Virus record (IMG/VR): IMGVR_UViG_2974719393_000001
Location: 1 to 64,000 of that record
Direction: 5' to 3' (one strand)
DNA length: 64,000 nt
From: a virus
Lineage: Duplodnaviria; Caudoviricetes
In this document: positions 45,158 through 55,047 of the stretch, piece after piece
Layout of the letters: every line of letters begins with the position of its first letter
How positions within the stretch are numbered: position 1 is the stretch's first letter
The notes under the pieces: generated by a model
Database searches by the model: none
The model's input: only the letters and a program-made list of their open reading frames with translations
What the model was told of the DNA's origin: nothing
Position numbers and translations under genes: made by a program

Positions 45158-46360
45158 TTAAATTTCTGCTGGGCTGTAAACCGTAGCAATACGCTCTGGG
45201 CGTAGAACCATGAAGCCGTAGTACCATTTAATAGAACTGAAACCTGATTCGCCGTATGGGTCGAAACGGTCAGCAGTTGCTTCGCCAGGCATCTTAGTAG
45301 TGATTTTGAATTTCACCATAGAGCCAGAAGTTTGGAAGCCGATAGTAGTGAACGACTCAGCACCAACAACAAGCATTGGGAATACGTCGTATGCACCAGC
45401 TGTTGCACGGTAACCACCGTTAGTAACTTCAGGTGCACCAGCACCCGCCCAATGTAGCATTTCAGGAACTTCAACGATACGGAATTCACCGATAGCACCA
45501 ATCTCACCGCGAAGTAGAGTTGTAGCTGCACCGTATTGGTTAACTGGAATGAACGCAGGGTTACCGTGTAGGTCAGTCATCTTCTCTAGCGTAGGACGTA
45601 GAGCAGAACCAACGTACATTACAAAGCCCATACCACGGATAGTTTTAGTATCCACCATACGAGAACCTGTAATAACAGTAGTCTGAGTTGGACAACGGTT
45701 GTCACGTAGAGTGATAGCAAGACGCATTAGGTCTTCGTATGAAATCAGTGTTTCAGCACCAGTTTCACCAGAGATACCAGTCTTAGCAACAACTGAGCCT
45801 GGGTACACTTCAACGCCAGCTGCGTTTAGCAGGTCGATTTGCAGTGCAGCTTCAGTCATCTGAGAAGCACCGATAATCATTTCACGTTGCATGTGACCGA
45901 ATAGGTCAGCCATTGTATCGAAGTCTAGAGACTCTTGAGTGAATTCATCGAAGAAACCGAACTTCTCAAGCGTACCTTCTAGTTGCAAACGCGTAAAACC
46001 AACACGGTTCACACGACCACCAACTTCTGTTAGCGCTGGAAGTTTACCTTGAATAGTACCGATGTCGCGGCTTGAACCATATAGGTTACCATCTGCGATG
46101 GTTACACCAGATGCATCGATACCTTGGTCATTGTCATTTCGGTCGTCTAGTAACGGCATGAAATGGTATTTCTTGATAGTTTTACCGAAGTGTTTCGGCA
46201 TGTTTTTCACAGACGCCATCTGAGTAAAGTATTGGTCACGTGCTGCTTCAACAAGCGCCTTTTTCCAATATAGGTGCGGTTGTAGCTGCTCAGCGCCAGT
46301 ACCAAGGTTAGAGTGGTCTGAGCCGTTATTATAACGGATTTGGTCAGTAGTATTTGACAT
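45158..46360 (-). CDS. major capsid protein (N4 gp56-like)
   Basis: 'MPKHFGKTIK', 'NLYGSSRDIG', 'LTEVGGRVNRVGFTR', 'DPYGESGFSSIKWYYG'. Confidence 0.95.
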   Translation of the reverse strand: MSNTTDQIRYNNGSDHSNLGTGAEQLQPHLYWKKALVEAARDQYFTQMASVKNMPKHFGKTIKKYHFMPLLDDRNDNDQGIDASGVTIADGNLYGSSRDIGTIQGKLPALTEVGGRVNRVGFTRLQLEGTLEKFGFFDEFTQESLDFDTMADLFGHMQREMIIGASQMTEAALQIDLLNAAGVEVYPGSVVAKTGISGETGAETLISYEDLMRLAITLRDNRCPTQTTVITGSRMVDTKTIRGMGFVMYVGSALRPTLEKMTDLHGNPAFIPVNQYGAATTLLRGEIGAIGEFRIVEVPEMLHWAGAGAPEVTNGGYRATAGAYDVFPMLVVGAESFTTIGFQTSGSMVKFKITTKMPGEATADRFDPYGESGFSSIKWYYGFMVLRPERIATVYSPAEI

Positions 46361-46370
46361 GAGTCATTCC

Positions 46371-47534
46371 TTAGTAGATTGAGTTACCAAACTGTTTCTC
46401 GAAGTCTTCATCCGATAAATCGAATGGGTTCACTTCGGGTTCTTTCACAGGCTTCTTAGCCTTAGTTGCAGCAGCCGCCTTACGTTGGCTCTTGCGCTGT
46501 TCGTTTGCCTTCTTCTTAACCGGCTCAACTACTTTTTCAGGTTCCTGGGTTTGAGAATTCTCTTGGGTCTGAGAACCAAACTTACCAGCTGCCATCAAAT
46601 CGTTGCCGACTTTGAAGTAAGCATCCAAATCTGAAAGACCGGTCAATTGACCGAGTGCATCTTGTCGCGCCATTTCGTCTGCAATTTGCTGATAAACGCC
46701 ATTACCCATGTGTTCATTCAGTTTGAGAATCATTGACGGATTTTGCACAAGTTTGCCTTTACTCGACTCATCCCATTCTTTACCAACCAGATTCATAGTT
46801 GCTTCGTATGTATCCGTCTCCCGTACTTGAGCCAATACATCATCGAGGGCTAGTTCTGCGTCAGTAACCTTATGCTTGGTCGTAGGTGCATACTTAGGGT
46901 CTTCATCGCTTTCTAAGCTATCAAGGTCAATACCTTTATCTTTGATAAGCTTTTTGAGAGCGTCTGGATTGCCATTCTGCAAATCAATTAAATAACTTAC
47001 TGTATCTTCATCCAGTAGTTCGTTATTTTCTAGCATTTTAGCCACTTTAAACGCAGGTTTCAAGGCAGCCATCTTTTTATTGTAGTTGGCACCCTTCTGC
47101 ATTAGCGTACGAGCTTCATCGACAGACTCAACTTTAATCATCTTGCCGTTAGCTTTGAATGGTTCGAATAGAGCTTCTAGGTCTTTATTCGTTACTTCTG
47201 TTTCGGAGGTTTCTGACTCGTCATCGTCTGTGTCTTCGTCTGACTCTCCATCTGAATCTGACTCATCGGCTTCTCCGTCTGTGTCGTCATCATCTTCGTC
47301 AGTTTCATCGTCACTATGCTCTGAGCCAGTCTCTTCTTCTTCATTGTGTCCTTCAACACTTGAATCAGAATCTTCCTCGCTTCCTGTGTCGGAAAGAACA
47401 GTTTCATCGGCTTCACCTTCTTCTGTCTGTGATTCTTCGACAGCAGCTAGGGCCTGTGCTTCAAGAGCATCCGACTGACTGATGAACTCGTCATCAGGCA
47501 TGTCGAAGAAATTGGTTTCTTGATTATCGTTCAT
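46371..47534 (-). CDS. N4 gp57-like scaffolding protein (often annotated tape measure)
   Basis: Acidic N-terminus, 'PFKANGK', 'LMQKGANYNKKM'; between portal and MCP. Confidence 0.75.
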   Translation of the reverse strand: MNDNQETNFFDMPDDEFISQSDALEAQALAAVEESQTEEGEADETVLSDTGSEEDSDSSVEGHNEEEETGSEHSDDETDEDDDDTDGEADESDSDGESDEDTDDDESETSETEVTNKDLEALFEPFKANGKMIKVESVDEARTLMQKGANYNKKMAALKPAFKVAKMLENNELLDEDTVSYLIDLQNGNPDALKKLIKDKGIDLDSLESDEDPKYAPTTKHKVTDAELALDDVLAQVRETDTYEATMNLVGKEWDESSKGKLVQNPSMILKLNEHMGNGVYQQIADEMARQDALGQLTGLSDLDAYFKVGNDLMAAGKFGSQTQENSQTQEPEKVVEPVKKKANEQRKSQRKAAAATKAKKPVKEPEVNPFDLSDEDFEKQFGNSIY

Positions 47535-47537
47535 GGA

Positions 47538-47903
47538 TTAGCCCTCCAGCTCATCGTACTGGTCATCAGACATAGACTCTAGTTCTACGATAGCCTGTTC
47601 ACATTGGCGAACACGTTCGTCAGCTGCAGTAGCCATTTGACGTAGAGAAGCTAGGTAAGCATTAAATGCCGATGCACCGGTAAGTGCTTTTTGGATGGAT
47701 TGTTGAACCAAATCGTGTTGACAGTCCGGGCGAGCAATCATTGAAGTTTGTTCTAGGACGTGGTCTTTCAAGAAACCTTCAAGTACGATTTTCTTGAAAT
47801 CGCGGTTACGTTCGAGACGGTCTAGTACATCATTCATTGCTTGAGCTTGTTTTGCATCTTCAAGTTGCGCACGGATTGCTTCAAGTTGTTGAGTACGAGT
47901 CAT
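47538..47903 (-). CDS. conserved coiled-coil protein (N4 gp58-like)
   Basis: 'LDRLERNRDFKKIVLEGF'. Confidence 0.7.
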   Translation of the reverse strand: MTRTQQLEAIRAQLEDAKQAQAMNDVLDRLERNRDFKKIVLEGFLKDHVLEQTSMIARPDCQHDLVQQSIQKALTGASAFNAYLASLRQMATAADERVRQCEQAIVELESMSDDQYDELEG

Positions 47904-47924
47904 ATCTATTCTCCGAAAAGCGGC

Positions 47925-50075
47925 TTATTCGCCGCTTGATTTGTTTGTATTTGATTCAGGTTTTTGAGGAGCCAGTGCTGCCTCTACTACCTTCATTTGA
48001 GTGTTGGCTTGTGCCTGAGCTTGGATTTCAGCCATCTTACGCTCATGGTTCACGCCGCGTTCTTCTTCCACAAACTCCAAGTGCTTGTTGTCTGTGTCTG
48101 CATTAAGGTTAGCCGCTTTAGCTTGAGATTCAACCGCTTTCGCGCCATCAAGCTGTGTTTGACCACCTAGTCGTGCGATTTCTGCCTGAAGCTTCATAAT
48201 TTCCATCTGAGTTTTCTGCATCTCAAGTTGTACACTTGGGTCAGGTTCAGGCTGGAATTCTTCGATACGTTTAGCCAGTGCAGGCATCTGACGTAGTCGA
48301 GCGATGTCGGCGAGAATAACTTGTGACATAGGTAATGGCAAGCTGTTGCCCATAGTCTGTAGCATAAATGCCAACTCAGAAGCTTTCTGGTTATCAGCTT
48401 CAGCTGTGGATACTGTTAGACGTAAGTCGAAGTTACCCGCTAAATCGTCACGACGGATAGGAACGAATTCCTCAGCAGTGACACGAATCACTTCTTCTTC
48501 ATCAAGGAACATAGAGTTCATTGCGATAATCTTACGACCTACTTGAACCAAACCAGTAGCCAAACGACGAAGGATACCTAGTTCGCGTTTAGATGCCGCA
48601 TCCAAAGCTCCTCGTACTGCAGTGGCTGTGTCACCAAGTGCTGCACCACTAATACCAGAGGAAAATGCTTTAACGCCTGTAAGAGATTCAGCGTCTTGAT
48701 TCTGCATGTCGAGCATGTATTGTGCAGAGCCAGGAATCTCAGGATAAGTGTGGTCAATAACAGCAATTCGAGGGTCAATAGTAGGGTTAAATTCATAGTC
48801 TTCACCATTCTTATATTTACGGCGGTTCACAGGGTCTAGAGCATCTTGACGCATACCTTTTTGGCCAGCGGCAGAACGTCCCATCATGTCAATCATCCCG
48901 CGAGTAACCGCACCAATGATGTCTTGATTTTCTTTAAGAAGCGCACCATCTGATTCGCCATAAGTAGACTTACGAACAGGCAAATACTGAACGACAGTGA
49001 ATGGCAATTTACCATCTGGATAAGGGCTACGCTCCATGCGAATAATAGTATCGCCGACCCAAGTGGCCACGAAAGGCTCAACAGTGCCATCGCCATCAAG
49101 GTCCCAAAAACCCCAATACTCATATGCGACAAACTTCTTGCGCGGCTTATCACTAAAATTGAAAGCGGTATCACCATCAACATGGTGGTCAGGAGCAGAA
49201 ATAGGGTCATTCGTTCCATCTTGTACGTCCAACTTATCGAGGTTGAAATAGCGGTCAGGATACTGTTCCAGCTCAGACAAAGATGTTTCAAATGAGTAGA
49301 TAGCAAATTGCGCTTTATCCACATCACCATCACAGGTTGGGTCAAGCATGAAGTTATGGTAATCCACTACTTCAACTGTAGGGTGGTTAGCTGTCACACG
49401 TTCTTCGGTTACTTCTTTCTTGCCCACACGTTTAGCGATATAGGCAATAATGCCACCGTTATCTAGGGTGTATTCGACAGAACGTTTCAGGTCTTCAGGC
49501 AGCGCCATGAACTCTGCTGGCGCAGAGTTCTTGAGCGCCATGCCTTGAGTAATCATTGCAACAGCAGCAGGGTCAGTAGCTTGAACGTACTCGTATGTGT
49601 CAACCATATGAGTAACCATCTGCTCTTTGTATTCCCAGCCGGTACGAACGATGACAGTACCTTCATCAACAGCGGTACGTACGTAGTCATCGATGAACTT
49701 CTGTTTGTTAATCTTGGTAGAGAATTGGTAGTTCAGAACCAACTGATTCTGATATGCCGCATCTTTGTCTTCCGCAGTCACAGGCTCAACATTATATAAG
49801 TCGTACGTACTAAGTAAAGGCTCCGATAAGGAGCCATAACGCCATTCAGCTTGCTTACGAATTAACTTAGGTTGTACCTGAGAACGACCACGAATGAACT
49901 TCTTCTTCGCCGAACCAGTGATGTTCATGTTATCAAGATAACCATCAATCTTAGAGATGGCATCATCACGGTCAGGCTTAGCCAAGAGGTAATCATTCTT
50001 TAGCTCCTGCAATGAGGGAGCATTTTCAAAGTCATGCTTACTCTCTGTAACATCATTCATGTTTTCGTCTTCCAT
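47925..50075 (-). CDS. portal protein (N4 gp59-like)
   Basis: 'RSQVQPKLIRKQAEWRY..LSEP', 'AESLTGVKAFSSGI', 'ALDAASKRELGILRRL'. Confidence 0.92.
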   Translation of the reverse strand: MEDENMNDVTESKHDFENAPSLQELKNDYLLAKPDRDDAISKIDGYLDNMNITGSAKKKFIRGRSQVQPKLIRKQAEWRYGSLSEPLLSTYDLYNVEPVTAEDKDAAYQNQLVLNYQFSTKINKQKFIDDYVRTAVDEGTVIVRTGWEYKEQMVTHMVDTYEYVQATDPAAVAMITQGMALKNSAPAEFMALPEDLKRSVEYTLDNGGIIAYIAKRVGKKEVTEERVTANHPTVEVVDYHNFMLDPTCDGDVDKAQFAIYSFETSLSELEQYPDRYFNLDKLDVQDGTNDPISAPDHHVDGDTAFNFSDKPRKKFVAYEYWGFWDLDGDGTVEPFVATWVGDTIIRMERSPYPDGKLPFTVVQYLPVRKSTYGESDGALLKENQDIIGAVTRGMIDMMGRSAAGQKGMRQDALDPVNRRKYKNGEDYEFNPTIDPRIAVIDHTYPEIPGSAQYMLDMQNQDAESLTGVKAFSSGISGAALGDTATAVRGALDAASKRELGILRRLATGLVQVGRKIIAMNSMFLDEEEVIRVTAEEFVPIRRDDLAGNFDLRLTVSTAEADNQKASELAFMLQTMGNSLPLPMSQVILADIARLRQMPALAKRIEEFQPEPDPSVQLEMQKTQMEIMKLQAEIARLGGQTQLDGAKAVESQAKAANLNADTDNKHLEFVEEERGVNHERKMAEIQAQAQANTQMKVVEAALAPQKPESNTNKSSGE

Positions 50076-50090
50076 CTTGATAACTCCAGG

Positions 50091-50480
50091 TTAGCGACGT
50101 AATTGGATGTGAGGCCAGTCTTGGATGGATTCCCAAAGACCACCGAATTCGATTTCAACACCTTCAATAATAGCTGCTGTAATAAATGCTTGTACTACCT
50201 TACGAAAGTATTTCTGATTCCACGTAAGTTTACCACCAACCCAGACAGTAATGTCTAGTGCTTCGGCCTCGCCTTTGGCGTTTGGTAAATGGCGTGAATT
50301 CATAGTCCAAGACTTGCCTTCCGCTACTAGCTGCTTTTGGCGTTCTACAGTGCGCAGGGTTTCGCCAATACCGAAGTCGTATTTTGTGAGCGTTAGCGCA
50401 CGTTTGGCGACACGCTGTAGACGTTCGTCACAATCTGCTAGTCGAGTTAATGATTTTTGGCTAAATTTAAAATTACTCAT
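50091..50480 (-). CDS. endolysin, M15-family (L-Ala-D-Glu) peptidase
   Basis: 'LRTVERQKQLVAEGKSWTMNSRH...ALDI...FGG.W....DWPHIQL'. Confidence 0.88.
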   Translation of the reverse strand: MSNFKFSQKSLTRLADCDERLQRVAKRALTLTKYDFGIGETLRTVERQKQLVAEGKSWTMNSRHLPNAKGEAEALDITVWVGGKLTWNQKYFRKVVQAFITAAIIEGVEIEFGGLWESIQDWPHIQLRR

Positions 50481-50528
50481 GATGTTCTCCTTCTAGGAAA
50501 TATCCCAATCATAGCACGGAACTCTTCT

Positions 50529-51200
50529 ATGAAAACAAAACAACTCCAGACAACACCTACGCATCAGGCTTATCAGCTTGCTCTGCATTCTCGTGAGTTA
50601 TACCCAACAATTGCATACGGCTCAGCTGGTACTGGTAAAACATACGGTGCTTTAAAAGCGGGCATTAAGATGCTTCAGGATAAGCAGATTAAACGTATCA
50701 TTGTTACTCGCCCTAACGTTTCATTCGCTCAAACCAATGGTTTCTTACCAGGTACTGAGCGCGAAAAAATGGAACCGTGGGTACGTCCGATTCTTCAAAA
50801 CCTCGGAAAGTTAGGAGTTAATTCAGGTACAGTCGAATCATGGGAAAATAACGGTACGTTATTGTTCTACCCGCTTGAGTTCGTTCAAGGTATGTCATTT
50901 GACGATGCACTCATCATTGTCGATGAATGTCAGAACATGACTTTTGACCAGTTGAAAGTATTCCTGACTCGTACCGGTTTTAATGCTCGTGTCGTACTAG
51001 CCGGCGACATTGCACAAATCTCTCCTAAGTTTGGTAACTCTGGTTTAGCCAAGTTACTCCATATGGTTGAAGTAATGGGCATCCCTTGTCAAACAATCGG
51101 TTTTGGTCGCGAAGACATCGTTCGTTCAGAGCAATGTAAGATGTGGATTGAAGCTTTCGAAGATTATGAAGCTGGGCTCTACCCAGATAAAGAAGAGTAA
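50529..51200 (+). CDS. phoH: PhoH-family ATPase
   Basis: GSAGTGKT, 'IIVTRP', 'GFLPG', 'IVDECQN', 'GDIAQ', 'DIVRS'. Confidence 0.92.
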   Translation: MKTKQLQTTPTHQAYQLALHSRELYPTIAYGSAGTGKTYGALKAGIKMLQDKQIKRIIVTRPNVSFAQTNGFLPGTEREKMEPWVRPILQNLGKLGVNSGTVESWENNGTLLFYPLEFVQGMSFDDALIIVDECQNMTFDQLKVFLTRTGFNARVVLAGDIAQISPKFGNSGLAKLLHMVEVMGIPCQTIGFGREDIVRSEQCKMWIEAFEDYEAGLYPDKEE

Positions 51201-51203
51201 AGA

Positions 51204-51229
51204 AAGGGGCCATTTGGCCCCTTATTTTT
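51204..51229. terminator. bidirectional terminator AAGGGGCC-ATTT-GGCCCCTT
   Basis: Between convergent genes. Confidence 0.7.
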
Positions 51230-51515
51230 ATGCTGTCGGAATAGGATAACTATCAATAATAAACTGAATAGTCCCATCACTAGCGCCTGCCGGCATACGT
51301 ACTGTGCCTACCTCATTCCATTGGTCATCCGAAAACAACTCAATAGAATAATCACCCTCACCAAGAGTGAAGCTGTAAGCCCCACCCGCAGCAAGAGTAA
51401 TCGTAGCCTCAGCTGTAGCCAACACATCACCCGAGCCTTTTAAGCATTTGATGCGAACCTTGGAAGCCAAGGCTGTACCAATCGGGTTTGTTAAGTTACC
51501 TGAGATATTAGCCAT
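51228..51515 (-). CDS. stand-alone tail-fibre N-terminal domain protein
   Basis: 'ISGNLTNPIG...GAYSFTLGEGDYSIEL' resembles the N-terminus of the adjacent fibre ('VLGVLQTPMS...GNYDFNLAFGTHELYV'). Confidence 0.65.
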   Translation of the reverse strand: MANISGNLTNPIGTALASKVRIKCLKGSGDVLATAEATITLAAGGAYSFTLGEGDYSIELFSDDQWNEVGTVRMPAGASDGTIQFIIDSYPIPTA

Positions 51516-51524
51516 GGGGCCTCC

Positions 51525-54302
51525 TTAACATAAGTCATTACCATTACGAAATAAAATCGCAGAAATAGTATTATTTGAATAAGGGGATGCTATACACATA
51601 CCACCATTTGCTGCACCATTCAAATCATCTAAATGCCCATAAATATTTATACTTCCTGTGGTGTTTGCGGGTATATTTATTGCAACTTGATGAATACCAG
51701 TAACCACGCATTGGTGTGTATTACCGCTTTGGGAACATGCCCAAATTTTAGCAGTATTAACAGCAGTGAATTGTGTACTAGTCGTCACCAGTTTAGCTGA
51801 TGCTTGGGTTGGGTTTCCCGCTTCACCTGTACTTGTAGCCCACACACTAATTAAGGCACTTAATTGAAGGGTGCGTGGATATGGCATAGAGCCGGATACA
51901 CAAATCACTGCAAATAACGGCGTATTCCCCGTGGAGCCGGATTTTACTTGAGTTGTTGCAGCCTTATTCAAACCAGATGTAACATCCCCAATAATACACT
52001 GAGCATATATGGAACCACAAAAACAACCTGTGGCAGCACTGATAGTGCCACGTACAATAGCATTGTTGAACTCAGCATTACCACTACAATCAATTGCCCA
52101 ACCAGTTGAACCAACAACGTAGTTACCGGATTTGATTTGAATTTGACTTTGACAAGGGTAAATGCGGTTTTCTGTCCAAGCACAAGCAGCAGTACCTTCG
52201 TTTACTGCACAAGTTTTTGCTGCGTCACCGCAAGATATACCACAGTTGCAGGCACTCACAGCTTTATTACATGCATTGGTTTCAGCTGTTAATGCGCGGT
52301 CGTACGACTTGCCCATTAGTTCTTGAACGGAAGGGGCGTTACCCATCTCCCATAATCCTGGTTTGTAGAAATACTGTATAGGGCCATTAACATCAGCAGA
52401 GTAATACCAAAAAACCCGTTGGGTAACGTTAGTAACAGTACCACTAGGTGGCATAACCCAATCTACACCAGATGCTACTTTAGTGCCTGTGTCGGGGTCA
52501 TAAACACCGGTAACACCTGTTTCTCCGGCAGTATACCCACGAGCATGCACTACACCAACGAGCAGATACCACTTATTTAATTGAGGCAAATCCCCAGACC
52601 AAAAGTAAGGGTTATCTGACGTTTGTGTACCATCTGCACTGTTCATACCCACATATCTAGTAGTACCAAAAAATATTTGCCCATCTAATGTGGTTTGACA
52701 CGCCCAAACAGCATGTAAGTAAGACTTGCTCACTGAGAAGTTTTGCGTAGCGCAGTACGTCCAACCCCCATCAGGAGTGTCTGCAGTATTACTATTTGTT
52801 TTGGTACGCCAAACTAAGCCACCTTGTCCAAAAGGACCACCAGAAGTTGTACTCACATAGTTTTCATCGGAGTCTCCGTTTCTAATGAAAGTATTACAAG
52901 CATTATTATCAGAATCCCCTCGATACCCTACAACCCATAAGTTTGTATTAAGTAAGTTAGATACTGCACTGTCTGCAGTTAACTGGGCATTAGTGATTTC
53001 AGGCGGTACTGCACTAGCATCACAAAAAACCAAGCAAGTAGTATTAATACACCCAGTAATATAAGCATTTGAAGCAATAAGCGCACCGTTATCTGTTACA
53101 CGAAAAGGAGCCGTCGGAATTCCTGTAGAATTGCGAGCATCCCAGTAACCTGCCCAAAATCGATAACCTTTATTTAGGTTAGAGGTTTCAGACCCAGAAT
53201 CATCCCCATTCATCCCTGCTGTTGTTATACCGGTTCCAGCTTTAATGGTTGTATTTGAAACTAACTTATCTCCTGTCAAACAACGAATATATGCTGCATC
53301 CATATATACACAATTACCAACTACTTGGAATGGGTAGCTTTGAGTGTTTGGATTACCGTTATGCATGATAATTTTGTCAGCTTGCATCAAGATACAGGAT
53401 TCTTGTACCGCAGCTTCCGTACAAGCAGTGGCCACGAGAGCAATACTTGCACACGCATCACCTGCTTGAGTAACAATTTCATAACCAGCTTGTTGTAAAC
53501 CCTGGCCATTATCAATTACGTTCATACAGGTATAGACTGCAGCATCACAGGCTTGAACCATATTCACCAAGTTCGAACACACAATGCCTGCACAAGTGTC
53601 AGAATATGCTTCCGCAGTCTGAAGTACTTGGGCATCTCCAGCATCCATGTCAGTACATAGACAGGCAATCGCAATATCATTCGAAGTAGTGTACGCAGTT
53701 AGCGTAGAGCAGATGTCTACTAACGCTGTATTTAATGAAGTGGTACAGCAAGTAATCTCCGCACCAGTCGCATCAGCATAAGCTTGACTTTCTAAGAGAA
53801 CAGCCGCGTCACCGGCCACAATAGTGTCGGTTAACTCAGCAGAACAAGCCTGTAATCGGTCATTGGTATAGGTAGTCATCGCGGTACACACACCAGTGTC
53901 ACCTTGTACTACCTGTTGTGATAGTTGAACAATACAAGTGTCCCATGCAGTTTCGAGCGCTGAAATACAGCCGCCAAAGTCATCACGGATACACTGTTCA
54001 TTTTGATTCGGTAACGGAGTTGTGTAATACAACAGTTCCGAAATTGTATATGACGAGTCAGTCAGAGAATCGTTGGCTACCGTTGTACCGATATGCTCGA
54101 ATGTATCTGTGAACATCACATATAGTTCATGAGTACCGAACGCGAGATTAAAGTCATAATTACCTTGGTTGTCGGTAAAATAAATGGCCTCGGAAGTCGT
54201 TAAGACATTACCGAAGCCACTTGAGGTTACAACTTTAATCGGGACGTTCTGTACCACTTGACTCATAGGTGTCTGCAAGACACCCAAAACTCGAATGGAC
54301 AT
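51525..54302 (-). CDS. Cys-rich tail fibre / host specificity protein
   Basis: Tail-fibre N domain, coiled coil, J-like 'PFQVVGN.VYMDAAYI' and 'GWAID.SGNAEFNNAIVRGTI' segments; about 41 Cys. Confidence 0.8.
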   Translation of the reverse strand: MSIRVLGVLQTPMSQVVQNVPIKVVTSSGFGNVLTTSEAIYFTDNQGNYDFNLAFGTHELYVMFTDTFEHIGTTVANDSLTDSSYTISELLYYTTPLPNQNEQCIRDDFGGCISALETAWDTCIVQLSQQVVQGDTGVCTAMTTYTNDRLQACSAELTDTIVAGDAAVLLESQAYADATGAEITCCTTSLNTALVDICSTLTAYTTSNDIAIACLCTDMDAGDAQVLQTAEAYSDTCAGIVCSNLVNMVQACDAAVYTCMNVIDNGQGLQQAGYEIVTQAGDACASIALVATACTEAAVQESCILMQADKIIMHNGNPNTQSYPFQVVGNCVYMDAAYIRCLTGDKLVSNTTIKAGTGITTAGMNGDDSGSETSNLNKGYRFWAGYWDARNSTGIPTAPFRVTDNGALIASNAYITGCINTTCLVFCDASAVPPEITNAQLTADSAVSNLLNTNLWVVGYRGDSDNNACNTFIRNGDSDENYVSTTSGGPFGQGGLVWRTKTNSNTADTPDGGWTYCATQNFSVSKSYLHAVWACQTTLDGQIFFGTTRYVGMNSADGTQTSDNPYFWSGDLPQLNKWYLLVGVVHARGYTAGETGVTGVYDPDTGTKVASGVDWVMPPSGTVTNVTQRVFWYYSADVNGPIQYFYKPGLWEMGNAPSVQELMGKSYDRALTAETNACNKAVSACNCGISCGDAAKTCAVNEGTAACAWTENRIYPCQSQIQIKSGNYVVGSTGWAIDCSGNAEFNNAIVRGTISAATGCFCGSIYAQCIIGDVTSGLNKAATTQVKSGSTGNTPLFAVICVSGSMPYPRTLQLSALISVWATSTGEAGNPTQASAKLVTTSTQFTAVNTAKIWACSQSGNTHQCVVTGIHQVAINIPANTTGSINIYGHLDDLNGAANGGMCIASPYSNNTISAILFRNGNDLC

Positions 54303-54311
54303 GAAACCCCC

Positions 54312-55046
54312 TTATAGGCGTGGATTAACACGCATGCCTTCAAAGCCTTTACGAGTAATAGTACTTAATTTCTTGTAATACTTCACGCCGGATGTAGACG
54401 CTAGGTATGCCACTTGCGGCTTACCCATTGCTGCCGCAATGTGTAGCGCCGCCGTGTCACAAGAAACAACCATATCTGCGATTTGGACGTAACGGATAAA
54501 TACCGGTTCTGCGATTTCTTTAATCTGTTGACACACTTCCGTGTCGAAACCAAAGTCAACATCTGTACCTAGAATAAAGATTGCGTATTCCTTGTGGTAT
54601 TTTTCAACCACTTCCAACACTTCCTTACGTGTCATGGAACGGGAGTCTGCTTCTCCACCTGAGCCATGAGGCTGTAACATAAGGATTGGTCGGTCCGAGT
54701 GTATAGACGCAGGAATGTGTCGTAAGTCGGGGCTGTACGGTAGGTTATCGCCTTTAGGTACGGTCAGACCTAGTTCCGTTAGAAATGCTTCGACGAGGTT
54801 GAGCTTTCCAGCGCGGTAGTCCAGATTCCAGTATGGTTCCGGTTTTACAACTTCAAAGCCTTCAAGCTTATCTTGTAAATTCGGAGTACCAAGGGCAAGG
54901 ACATTTAAACCAGAGCCTGTATAGGCGAATTCCCAACCACCGGTTAGGACAATCAATTCATGCTTCTTGTTCAACTCTTTTAACGCAGGGATAGCGCAGA
55001 GTACCCGGCCTAAGCCACCGTCAATAATCACAGCTAGTTTTTTCAT
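54312..55046 (-). CDS. GT-B glycosyltransferase, GT9/ADP-heptosyltransferase-like
   Basis: 'IDGGLGRVLCAIPALKEL', 'ILMLQPHGS', 'ADMVVSCDTAALHIAAAMGKPQVA'; start ATG 55046. Confidence 0.8.
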   Translation of the reverse strand: MKKLAVIIDGGLGRVLCAIPALKELNKKHELIVLTGGWEFAYTGSGLNVLALGTPNLQDKLEGFEVVKPEPYWNLDYRAGKLNLVEAFLTELGLTVPKGDNLPYSPDLRHIPASIHSDRPILMLQPHGSGGEADSRSMTRKEVLEVVEKYHKEYAIFILGTDVDFGFDTEVCQQIKEIAEPVFIRYVQIADMVVSCDTAALHIAAAMGKPQVAYLASTSGVKYYKKLSTITRKGFEGMRVNPRL

Positions 55047-55047
55047 A

